DNA of 64,000 nt, from assembly GCA_043228905.1 (NCBI GenBank), contig JBHGNT010000001.1:5456001-5520000 (forward strand), in the 5' to 3' direction. The notes below the pieces were generated by a model. It ran no database searches and was not told the DNA's origin. It was given only the letters and a program-made list of their open reading frames with translations. The stretch comes from Azolla caroliniana (Eukaryota; Plantae; Polypodiophyta). The translations under genes were made by a program, and so were the position numbers. Shown here one piece after another: positions 1 to 11,095 of the stretch (position 1 is its first letter; each line of letters opens with the position of its first letter).

Positions 1-3000
1 CCTGCCTTGGTCACCACAATCAAAAGTTTTCTGAACCCATTATGGTCCCTTGACATCTTTGTTTTGTCACCGCTTTTCAATCGCAATGCTTGGACGGCTG
101 TGATTTCTTCGGGGTTTGCAAGCATCAGGGTTGCCTTCAGCTTCAGCCAGTGATCCTTCAGCCATTCAACAAGGCTATGCTCAACTTTTGCCACTGAAAC
201 ACCCTCTTTCTCCAGAGGGAGCTCAGCCGTTGAAGCCTCTAGAATACAAGCCAATCCATCCTCCCTATCCCATACTACTTCTCCTTGTTGAAGCAAAGTC
301 AAAGAGCTGTCCATTGTCACTAGTAACACTCGAAAACCATGAGACTTATCATTTCGAATGTAATCATTTAAGTAAGCTCTCTGAACAACACCTTTTTGAG
401 GAGCAAGTCCAATAAACTCGGTAGAAATCTTATTCTCTCCATCTTGATGCAGAATAATATGTACTGCAATTTTATTCACAGCGATTTGTTGCACCACAGA
501 AAATGCACTCTTTATGTCTGGTAGCTCAAGACCATTAGTGATCACAGTAGAACCTTCAAATGTTTTGATAACTTCCAAATTATCATGTGGAAGGCCTGAT
601 TTCACTAGCACAAATTGATTGCTAAACTGAAGAGCAAAGATAGCATCAATAGTTTCTGCAAGTAGCTGCGGCTTTCCAATACCCTCTGGTATGAGTTGCT
701 TAATATTGATCACATGGACTACTGATTGATCAATTGACACAATTACTAGGTTTTCTCCTGGAGCATCCAAGGCTACAGCTGAATTTCCATTGATTATGAG
801 CTCACCAGTGGAAAGTTCTCCCTCATACTTGAATATTTTTCTTACCTTATTGTGACCAGTACTCACATCTATCTCCCATATAGCAATCTCTGATGAGCCC
901 AAAAATCCAATTCCATAAAGATTTTCCTCATCACCAGAGTAAATGATCTTTTTCAATTTTATTTCCCTGTCATCACTGTCACATCAAAACATACAAATGG
1001 AAAATCATGATCAAATTCATTTCCCAGTCATCATTACCACTGTGGCATGTCATCAATCAAATACCTAAATCTGCAAACAATACCTGGATTTTGAGAGCTT
1101 GGCTGTCCACAGAAGTTCCCCATCTATGCTTGAAATACCATGTAGAACTGCATCCCCTACAACCAAGAGAAGCTTCCCTCGGGTAGGTAGTTGAACCTGA
1201 GATTAAGTTCAAAACTTTTGTATCGTGAACGAACACAAACTTATGGAAACCAAATTCCCATATTGCAGATGATTAAAAGTAGTATGCATTGCATTTAAAA
1301 ATGGATTCATGAGCAATGATTTGAAGATCAATGATATCTTCATAGACAAGGATGGTAATGAGCAGATTCAGATCTGTATACCAGATCTTCATATGCGCAC
1401 ATTTATTTTACACACTTTGCAAACAAATTCCACTAAACATATAGATTATCTTATGCTGAAATATCATTAAAGCAATCAATGTGAAATCTCAGGTCTGCTT
1501 TTATAGTATTATGACACTAGTGCTTTTCTTCTTGTAAGGGAATCAGGCTAATAGTCATGAAATATGTTTCAAGTATGATTTCTGACCTCAGATTAGAGGA
1601 CCTGAAATATATATTTTGTGCCAATCAAATTATTCCTTCAACATACGCTAAAATGGTGAGAAGTTTAATCAACATATTTTGATCGTCAAAATAATATCAG
1701 CACAGTAGCAAATGGACTGAGCACTTGCTATTACCGATGACACATGAAGTACTGGCTGTATTCCCGGAGATTGTAAGAATGTCTCCCACATCAAATGGCC
1801 ATCTGGGAGATTCCATGCTCTAATTATACTTCCCTTCTTGGATAATGTTACCACATCTGCAGAATAAATGAAATGGTCAAAAAATTAGCCACCACCATTA
1901 ATTTTTTAGCAGTATTAAACAAATTGCCTTACATTTTCCAAGAACTATCTCCAAGCCATCAATTGGATCTGAATCCCCCAGCACATGTTTCCAAACTGCA
2001 GTTATATAACAGATAAGAAATAATAAATTAAGCCCAGACAAATATGTATGATATTTTCATTGTCCAAAAATAAAAGCCTTACAAATTTCTCCTCTTCGGA
2101 GATTGAGGGATGCAAGTACATTCTGTTCTGTGGCGACAATTACACGTTTCCTTCCAGCACCTTGTGTCTGAAATGTTGCATGCTTAACCTTTCCGAGATA
2201 GTGCTGATGCCTGCATCACAGACCACGTGTGATCAAAATTGTGACATAAAACTCACAAAAATTCAAAGATTTATAAGAGGTCTTTTAATAGCATATATAC
2301 CACTGTTATATTAAAACTTGAACTCCAAAAAATAGGTGTTAACATCCTTCACAAATTACATAGAAACACAAACTTTGGATCACTTCTGTCTGGTAGGAGC
2401 AAATGACGAATAGTTCACTTCGGGAGTGCACCCAAGAATGGTCAAATGAGGACTGTAGACAGAGAAACAGAAAAAAAGCTTACCCAGATTACTAAGCATG
2501 CGAGATTGGGCATATGGGAGTTCTTACACACAGGAAATGGATAGGAGGCATTTTATACCATCTATACATAAATAGAGATGCAATGATAGCCTAGCACAGA
2601 CATGGGGAGCCATTGGGGAGCCATATGCAAATACCATGTACTGCATCATCATCAGCTTCTGACATCGCATGCTAAAGCTATGCATATACATGCCAAGTGA
2701 CAAAGAGGATGCACGCCTTTCAAGTTAACAAAGAGGATACAAAAAACTATCAATCAGTCGTTCACTGGCTCTATACATGAGGTATATCTTCACACAAAAA
2801 ATCCATAATATTTTGTTACCTATTTTCATATCCTATCATGTTTTAAATATTTTGTGCAACTGCCATTAAAAAGTAACGTTATCATGTCTACGACCTTTGC
2901 ATACGGCATAGTCTGTTCACAGAAAGCTGTGAGATTCGAGAATTATCCTCTCCATATTTACATGATTTAATCAAGGTAGTGAACTCATACAACATTTACC

Positions 3001-4189
3001 TGCATTCGCAGGATGCTACAAAACTCAAGGAAATATCCTACACGAATGAATAACAGCACAATCTTTTCCAAACCTACGAAACAAAATGTCCTCAACCATT
3101 GAATCTCTTCAAATGTGATTCAACAATTGGTTTCTTAATATCTAACCAGAAATAGGCATCATTAACAGGATTTATAATAATGTGATTTCTGCAGTATTAT
3201 AGCATTACGTCAACATCCAAAATACCATATAAATTGTAACAAAGTTTAAACAGATCTGAGCCGATTCACGTATTTCAAAAAACGAGGAGAAATTATCTAA
3301 ATGCCTTCTTTCTTTTGTAATATCATGTGATGTCATGTTAATGTATCCATCTTCCTTGCTTTTGATATAACATCACAGTAAAATTCCCTTTCTTGCTTCT
3401 AGATTCCAAAAGACAATATTTCATCTGTATTGCTTCTTTACCTAGCCAATATTGATTTACCTTTATTTCAACTGTATACAGTATTTCATCTTTCTTGCCT
3501 CTGATATACAATATTTAACCTTTTTTCCATCTGGAATACTCAGACGATATTTCATCTTCTATTACATCTGATATATAAATTTTTCATATTTCTTGTTTTT
3601 GATAGGCATATACAACATTTTCATCTTTCTTGGTCCTGATATACCATGTCCTTAGACAATATTTTATCTTCCTTACATCGATCTTGGTTTTGATTATTGA
3701 TATACCTACAAAATTTAACCTTTCTTGGTTCTCATATACAAAAAATCCATCTCTCTTGCATCTGAAATACAGCGTTTTCACCTCCTCTTGCATCATAGAT
3801 ACAATGTTTTCACCTTCTCTTGCATCTGATATACAACACAATTCACCTTTTCTTGCATCTGGTACACAATGCATATCACCTCCCTTGGAAACGCAAGTTT
3901 TCACATTTCTTGCTTTGGACATGACCTAGATCCTGTTGGATGATTTTTCAGATCGCTAGAGCATGGAGAAGAAACGTTCAATATGTGCAATGAGGTTTCC
4001 CAACAGTCGATTTTTCATGCACAAGTAGAACACGCACGCACACGCACACGCACACGCAGATACACACACAGATGCTTACCAGTCCCATATCCCTACTTGA
4101 TCCTCGAAGATGGAGAAGCAGGGAAGGAAAAAGAAAGACGCAGTGAGAGCGAGGAGGAGGAACAACGGCGGCGCGACAGAAGAAGTCAT
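1..4189 (-). CDS. EMC1: ER membrane protein complex subunit 1 (5' part; gene continues beyond left edge)
   Basis: Spliced by hand on the - strand with GT-AG introns. Exons 4189-4080 (MTSSVAPPLFLLLALTASFFFLPCFSIFEDQVGIWDW, signal peptide), 2210-2083 (HQHYLGKVKHATFQTQGAGRKRVIVATEQNVLASLNLRRGEI), 1995-1933, 1856-1735 (IRAWNLPDGHLMWET), 1196-1084, and 966(or 975)-1 (…LQQGEVVWDREDGLA…ELPLEKEGVSVAKVEHSLVEWLK…RDHNGFRKLLIVVTKAG). Motifs match plant EMC1 as I recall it. Confidence 0.93.
3340..3925. repeat. Degenerate ~33-bp minisatellite in EMC1 intron 1
   Basis: Recurring unit like TTTTCACCTTCTCTTGCATCTGATATACAACA, clearest at 3740-3880. Confidence 0.65.
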
Positions 4190-5759
4190 CAGAGAATCGA
4201 TCTCGTTTCGCCGTTCCGCGGGAGCCGAAGCAGTAGTAGTAGAAGAAGAAGAAGGGGGGACTCAGGAGCAGACGACGGAAACCTTCGATTCTCTTTTTGT
4301 ATAATTTGTAAAATATACGTATGTGGTGTGGTACATACATATATGCAATAAGTTAAAGTTAAATAGCAGTCAATAAGTCGTCTTCAGCCCACCCCTCTTA
4401 CACGCTCTGCTCTTTTGCTTCTCTTTTTTAAGTGTGTCATTTTCTACCGACTGGGTCGTGGCACTAGTAGTGATAGTAGTACATATTAGTATTCATCACA
4501 GTGATCTGGTGCTAATGCTAGATAGATAGATAAGTCTTCTTCTCCATGTTTTATCCCTTGCCAAAGTGCTTTGTACCATTGATTGTTCGTTCATCCAAGC
4601 CTTGTTATAGAGCAACATACCTTCTATTGTTCTGGTGGTGTGGCATTAACTATGTCTGTACACTTGGATGTGATTAGGAGAGGAAGGAACAACTATAGCA
4701 CTAAGGAAAGGGACAAAGGAATTATGATACATGTGGCGTGATGTGAAAGGCCCAATGGCTTTATAAAAGGTGTCTTTTAAGCTTCCTCTTGACTTGTAGT
4801 AAAGTTGAGCTAGACCTTAAGCCTCCCTTAATACCTTCCATTCTCATTAGTTTATATCATTGATTATTTACCTAAATCAATCTCATCTTAAGATCCAAAA
4901 CTCAAAGTCTTAATTGTAAGTGTCTAGGCAATTCAATGTATAGCTCTTGCGGAGCATCCTGTCTCTTAAATTAAGTACCTTGGTTTCCTTTCATTCTCAC
5001 CATTGCTTGGAATTCACACATGAATTTCTCACCATGCACATCTATTTGCGTTACTTTCAAAGAGCTTGTAATGGTTGCTCATGCCCCCAAATTGTCTCAA
5101 TCTCTTAAATTGCTTTTCCTTCCTTTTGTTGCAATAAATCCTGGATAATTTAGTAAATCTTCCATATGTTCGCTACCACGTGATTCAAAGTAAATGCAAT
5201 CATTCCATTTAACAAAGACGAGGGAATATAATAGTTATCAATACTTCATCTATTAAGCACAAGGGCAGCCATAATATATAGATTGCATCGCTTTTAATTT
5301 AGCCATACCAAATGAGCTAGAGTAAATAGCAAGACCATCATATTCTCATTGTCAAAGAAATGTAGTTGTCTGGTTAGTTAAATTTGGGTTTGGCATTCCC
5401 TTCATAGAATTCAAAACTTATTTCAAGTAGATGGCTACAAATTAAGTGGGAGCAAAGAAAAGCTAGAATGGTTTAACAAACATACATTGATTCAATGTCA
5501 TGCCTTTCTTTACATGCTTTGCGATAAATGCATTAACTTGATATGACAACACAAGTTTTGAAATCCTTAAACTCAACCCAACCAAGTCTTGTTGCTTGTT
5601 AAGCAAAAGATCTCTATAGTCATCTAGAATAAGGCTAAGTTTACGAGACTAAATAAAACCTCATAGAAAAAATTCGTTATTATGTAATCGGAGCTCTCCA
5701 CACGAGGTGAAATGAAAGAGCATGAAGGTGTATGAAACATAATTTTTAAGAAACAAAAT

Positions 5760-6908
5760 TTAAGTAGTGTCAAAATCAATAAACATTCGATGTGCATCTC
5801 GACGTGGAGCATAGTAACTGGTCACTACAGTGTCCAGTTTGAACCCAACCTTCTTATACAAATTCATAGCTGCATCCCTTGTTGGGTCAACATGAAGAGT
5901 CACTCGACAAATGGGCCTCTCCCTACACTTGGCAATCGCAGCCTTTAACAAAGCCTCGCCATAACCTTGTCGACGACAACATTCTCTCACTGCAAGAGAA
6001 AAACCGAATAAGATTCAATGTACCTAATGGGGACAAAACTAATTTTGAAACATGTCTTGTAATCTCTTGAGCAACGAAAAAAATTGACTTAAGGGTAAGC
6101 TTAGAATTGCCAGATAATCACCTTGAACTATCCATGGACACTGAACAAAAAAATGATAATCACGCATAATCATAGCTAGTTTGATTTGCTTTTTAGCCAG
6201 GGAAATATGAAAGCCAAAGACTCATTGAAGGATTCACATCTTATGGAACTCTAAAAATATAATGGTGTTTGGGGGTTAATTTGTTCGGCATTCCATAGCA
6301 TTTGGGCTTATTTCTGTTCAATATTTGTAACAAAATCTTTAAAGCTTTGTAATTTGCACAATCATCAACTTCATAATGCATGGCCCTGATAAATTTCTGC
6401 CTTTGCGTACACCATTTCATTTTTCCCTTTCAACATACAAGAAAGAGGGGGTATTTTAGGGTTTCTCTTTTGTGTGTGCGAACATATCTGAAGGTTTCTT
6501 TTCTAAAACACGAAATACGGTGCAAATGTTTTTAGGGTTTCTCTTTGCATAAACAAGAACTAACTAACCTGCAAGTTTGATGATAGACGCGGCCATGGAC
6601 GATGTGAAGCTGAAGATGACATAGCCAGCAACAGAGAACAACAGTGGATCTCCTTCTTCTTCCACTGCTTCTTCTTCTTCTTCTTCTTTCCTTCGTTTCT
6701 GCTTCTTCCTCTGATCATCAACCATGGCATAGAGGATTCCAGTGTTCTTCTTCCTGGCCTCCATCTCTAAAGAATTGGAGAGGGACTCGTGTTTTGGGAA
6801 GAGATGGCGTTCAAGCTTCACAATCTCTTGAAGAAGAAGGAGAGGGGCAAGATGGGCTTCTTCTGTGTTATCTCTTCTCTTGCTCAGCTTCAGCTCTCTG
6901 ACCTCCAT
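5760..6908 (-). CDS. GNAT-family (RimI-like) N-acetyltransferase, 2 exons
   Basis: Exon 1 6908-6569 (…EIVKLERHLFPKHESL…SIIKLA, phase-1 GT donor). Exon 2 5989-5760 (VRECCRRQGYGEALL = acetyl-CoA motif A R/QxxGxG; LHVDPTRDAAMNLYKKVGF…YYAPRRDAHRM). Confidence 0.9.
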
Positions 6909-8169
6909 GACGCATCGAGGAACCCTTCACAAAAGTGGCATTTGCAATATCATTAGGCACATCAAATAACAGTATAATCTCTGAGCTATCAAATTAAGAG
7001 AGGATTGGGGGGGACAGTTACTCCTTAAGTTCGTTTACTATGTGTATTTCATCAATTACTTTATGTATTACATCGGGTCATAGTCTTAAGTTTCCATTAT
7101 TTCGTCGAATTGTAGTCCGAGTTTCCATTATTTCAATGATGGTTTGTAGAGAAGAGCCATCAATATTTCTTTTTAACTTGTGATCCTAGTGGCATGGGAA
7201 TTATCAACATTCAATTTATTCATGCCCTCCTTATGTATTGACTCTTTTACCGCAAACAACTAAATATTTTGTTGTTTTCCCTTCTTGCCGTTCATTATGT
7301 TTTTTATATACATGTCAATTGCAATTTTGCATACATGGGAATCTACCCAACTACTTGTCGTGGTTTGTCAAAATGCAAGATTTTGTGTGATTCATATATA
7401 TATGTGGACTTTTCAATGTTCAATGTTACCCATCAAAGTTTATTGTTTTGTTGCTTACTATAAGAATCTAAGTTAATGTCAGTCATATGAAAGGAGAAAA
7501 TTGGGTGTTAGATCACTCTTAACACCCCCGACAAAGGTAAGAGATGGATCCTCCCCCATCAGCATCCCATACCACTGAGTTCCACTATGGATCGTGCCTT
7601 GTGTTTTGCAAAAGGAGGAACATGTGTATGGACCTAGAGTTTTGCCACCTTGTCAATGTCTCTATGTGATATGATGACCCCTTTCATGAAGGTAGTTAGC
7701 CTTCTTTTATAGACTCAAACACTGGGCCTTTATTTGTTTCACATTTGACTACGTTATTAGAAGTTGTGAAGTGATGAAACACTCCAAAGTTATCTCCCGC
7801 CATAGGATTGAGAATAACTCAATCCATAACTTCCATTCCCAATGAATTAGCGTACATATATTGACCTTACGGTTAGAGAACTACGATTATGCTCGTAACA
7901 ATTGCCATATGTATATTGCTTACTTTAATTTTATTACCAATGGAGGATGTTTTTTATGGAAAAAAGGGTGTGACAATTAGGAAACCATGTCTCCTAGGAC
8001 TTGGGACAAACCCATATGGACATATGACATGTGGTGGTTTGGGAACCTTAGATGTTGAGCTACACGAGGGAACTAGTTAACCCCTTCATTAGGACATATT
8101 AAGACGTTGTTGAAACTCTATTGGTGAGGCTAAGCTCTCTTATTTAGATCCGTTATTCAACATGTAAGG

Positions 8170-10107
8170 TGTTACGGGAAAGTATCCTGATGACAATTAT
8201 TTTGCAAAATACTGGGCAAGAGTCGAGTCTGGAACAGACACCACCACACCCTCGAAGGAATACTTCCACATTGCTAACGGTCTGCTCTACCGTAATGGGA
8301 AGGTTTGTGTTCCAGATTTACCTGAGGTCAAAAAGAGAATTCTTTTTGAATGCCATGATGCACCCTCAGCAGGGCACCCTGGAATACATCGTACACTCGT
8401 TCTCATCTCCACTCAATTTTATTGGCCTAAGATGCGTCCTGACATACATAGCTATGTGACTAAATGTCACCAATGTCAGGTTAACAAAGCCGAGCGACTT
8501 AAAGCCGCAGGACTTTTACATCCCTTGGACATTCCCAATAATAAGTGGGAAAGTATATCCATGGATTTTATTGTTAGCCTTCCTCGCACCCAAAAAGGTC
8601 ATGATGCCATATGGGTTGTGGTTGACAGACTAACTAAAATGGCCAGATTTATTGCTACTAAAACCACGGTAACAGCTCCTGAATTGGCTTACCAATTTGT
8701 TGATGAGTTATTTCGTTTTTACGGGTTACCGATGGATATCGTGAGTGACCGAGATCCGAAGTTTACTAGTGACTTCTGGACGCAAGTCTTTAAGAAGTTA
8801 GAAACTACGTTGAGCATGAGCTCCATGGATCATCCTCAATCCGATGGACAGACAGAACGAGTAAATCAAATTATTGAGGACATGCTTCGAGCATACGTTG
8901 GTGCAAAACCAACAAAATGGGAACGTTACCTCCCAATTTTGGAGTTTGCTTATAACAGCTCCAAGCATACGTCGACGGGATATAGTCCTTTTATGTTGAT
9001 GTATGGATTTCAGCCACGAGCCCCGATTGATGTTAATATACATCATGATGAGTTGCGAAGTACGCAAAACTTTCTTCGGGATATGCAAGATATGTTGCAT
9101 ATTGCACGGGATAATATAAAAACAGCTCAAGATAGAGCGCGTTTTTATGCCGATCATCACAGGCAACCTCGTGTATTCAGCCCTGGACAAAAGGTATTTT
9201 TACGTGTACCTCACAATTCTAAGACATTGTCTACGGGTAAGTGCGCTAAGTTAGCCCCACGGTTTTGTGGACCTTTTACAGTCCTCAAACGCATTGGATC
9301 ATCAGCCTATCGTCTCGCTCTTCCCGATGGTGTTGGAATCCATCCAGTCTTTCATGTAAGTCGTCTAAAAGAACTTCTAGGTTCTGGCGACAATACAGTT
9401 ACAACTGAAACTCTGGTTACTTCTGAAGATTTATCTTCTAAACCACATGTACCAGAAAGAATTCTCGATGTTAAAACAAAAAAATTACGTGCTAAGGAAA
9501 TCCGAGAATTTAAAATAAAATGGATGGATAAATCAATCAAAGATGCCACATGGGAACGCGAAACGACTCTAAGAACTAACTTCCCTAACTTTCCATTGCA
9601 AGAGTGCAATGTTTTAAAGAGGGGGAGTATGTTACGGGCATGACCATATAATATCCCGTGGTGAGAATTGTCGTAGTATTCTATACACGTGGATAAGTGT
9701 GAGGGTTAAACAAAGAGTCTAAAGAAGGGGAGGATTACTTTTAATCCTCGGGATTGAGACAACCCATGAGGCCAAGTGTGAACATGGCTGGGGGCCTTGA
9801 GAATTACTATAAATAAGAGGCCTAGCTACCCTCATTTGGGCATGCATTGACTACGTCGAGACTCTGTCCGTGAGTGGAACGACTCTTGTAGCAAGCGCGC
9901 TATCGTCCAGGTACGACTCGACGCCAAGGCGGTGGTATGGGACGCCGATCGAGGCTCGAGTCCGTCTCGATCCCTTCGCTCGGGGGTGGTCGGGTGGATC
10001 GGCACCCTTCTTTCTCTCTTTTTCTCTCTATTCTTTCTAGATCTATCATTGATATTTCCTTATTTTATGCTTACTTTAGTACCTAATCTCTAATATAAGG
10101 CACAACA
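8170..10107 (+). mobile_element. Internally deleted Ty3/gypsy chromovirus-type LTR retrotransposon (integrase-chromodomain + 3' LTR)
   Basis: Ends TGTT…AACA flanked by a 5-bp TSD TAAGG (8165-8169 and 10108-10112). PPT AAAGAGGGGGAGTA at 9616-9629. 3' LTR 9630-10107 with TATAAATA near 9807. Confidence 0.88.
8171..9643 (+). CDS. Gypsy pol fragment: integrase (HHCC, DDE, GPF motif) + C-terminal chromodomain
   Basis: Stop-free frame from 8171: ECHDAPSAGHPG…KCHQCQ, ISMDFIVSLP, IVSDRDPKFTS, HPQSDGQTERVNQ, APRFCGPF…IHPVFHVSRLK, PERILD…FKIKW…ATWE. The frame reads into the LTR. Confidence 0.9.
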   Translation, partial: VTGKYPDDNYFAKYWARVESGTDTTTPSKEYFHIANGLLYRNGKVCVPDLPEVKKRILFECHDAPSAGHPGIHRTLVLISTQFYWPKMRPDIHSYVTKCHQCQVNKAERLKAAGLLHPLDIPNNKWESISMDFIVSLPRTQKGHDAIWVVVDRLTKMARFIATKTTVTAPELAYQFVDELFRFYGLPMDIVSDRDPKFTSDFWTQVFKKLETTLSMSSMDHPQSDGQTERVNQIIEDMLRAYVGAKPTKWERYLPILEFAYNSSKHTSTGYSPFMLMYGFQPRAPIDVNIHHDELRSTQNFLRDMQDMLHIARDNIKTAQDRARFYADHHRQPRVFSPGQKVFLRVPHNSKTLSTGKCAKLAPRFCGPFTVLKRIGSSAYRLALPDGVGIHPVFHVSRLKELLGSGDNTVTTETLVTSEDLSSKPHVPERILDVKTKKLRAKEIREFKIKWMDKSIKDATWERETTLRTNFPNFPLQECNVLKRGSMLRA

Positions 10108-10960
10108 TAAGGTTCTATTTAGAAGTATGGGGCATGGATTGTATTTTATGTCTATCCCTCGATCGAGAGCGGTTGGCATGGTTAAGCATCCTTCATCTAT
10201 TATTTTCCTTAATCTCTTATTCATATGCTCATGATTAGTATGATCCATAATATAATTGCTATTATATCCCAACAGTTTATAACTAATCAAATGCATATGT
10301 TTGACATTTCTATGTCAAATGTGACCATTATTAGAACAATACACATGGACCTATAACCCTCCTCTTAATGTGCTTAACGATCATTCGAGTATGAGTTCAA
10401 TATCATGTTTCTTTAGTTAAATGACAACATCAATTGCTATTATGAAGGAGTTTTAGAACAATCTTGAAAACTCATACGAGCCAAGAACCCACTATAGTTG
10501 GAGTATGATGTGACATTACCCCAGTAGAATGTTCATCGTAACACCATCAATGATGGTTGGAGCATGACGTTACACATATACCAATATGAAGGGTAACATG
10601 AAACTCGACATCTTCTTCCCACCAACAAATGACATTATAAGAAGGGTTATAGACTACAACACATTCCAATGGTCAAATGTGCTAGAAGTCTTAGACACTT
10701 GCAAACCTTTGGAATCATTGAAGTGGCCCTAACATCCATCATCCATGTTATGGTTATGCTACATCCTATGGTGCTATTCAGGACTAGAGTCGTGTTAAAA
10801 AAACACTAGGGCAATGAGTCTCAAAGACAACCATAGAATGTCCCAATGAGAAGTTTTGAAGAACACTAGGGCACGCGGACACCCCGAGACAACCATAGAA
10901 TGTCTCGACAAGAATGCATTATGCGACCAAGAAGTTTTGAAGAATTTATGGAGGGCCATT

Positions 10961-11014
10961 AAACCCTAAATTTATGTAGTTACTAAATTGTGGTCTCTCA
11001 CCATTAAACCCTAA
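10961..11014 (+). promoter_or_regulatory. Two telo-boxes (AAACCCTAA) upstream of the RimP-like gene
   Basis: AAACCCTAA at 10961-10969 and 11006-11014, 80-135 bp before ATG 11096. Telo-boxes are known in plant translation and ribosome-biogenesis gene promoters. Confidence 0.5.
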
Positions 11015-11095
11015 ACCCCTCTTCACCATACAACTTCCATCTGGCTAAGGAGACCACCAGAAAACCAGAAAAACAGAGAGCGACCATACCTATCC

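Noticed and set aside
10537-10543. CGTAACA as the gypsy LTR end (perfect inverse of TGTTACG)
   Set aside because: It is not followed by the TAAGG TSD, whereas the end at 10107 is.
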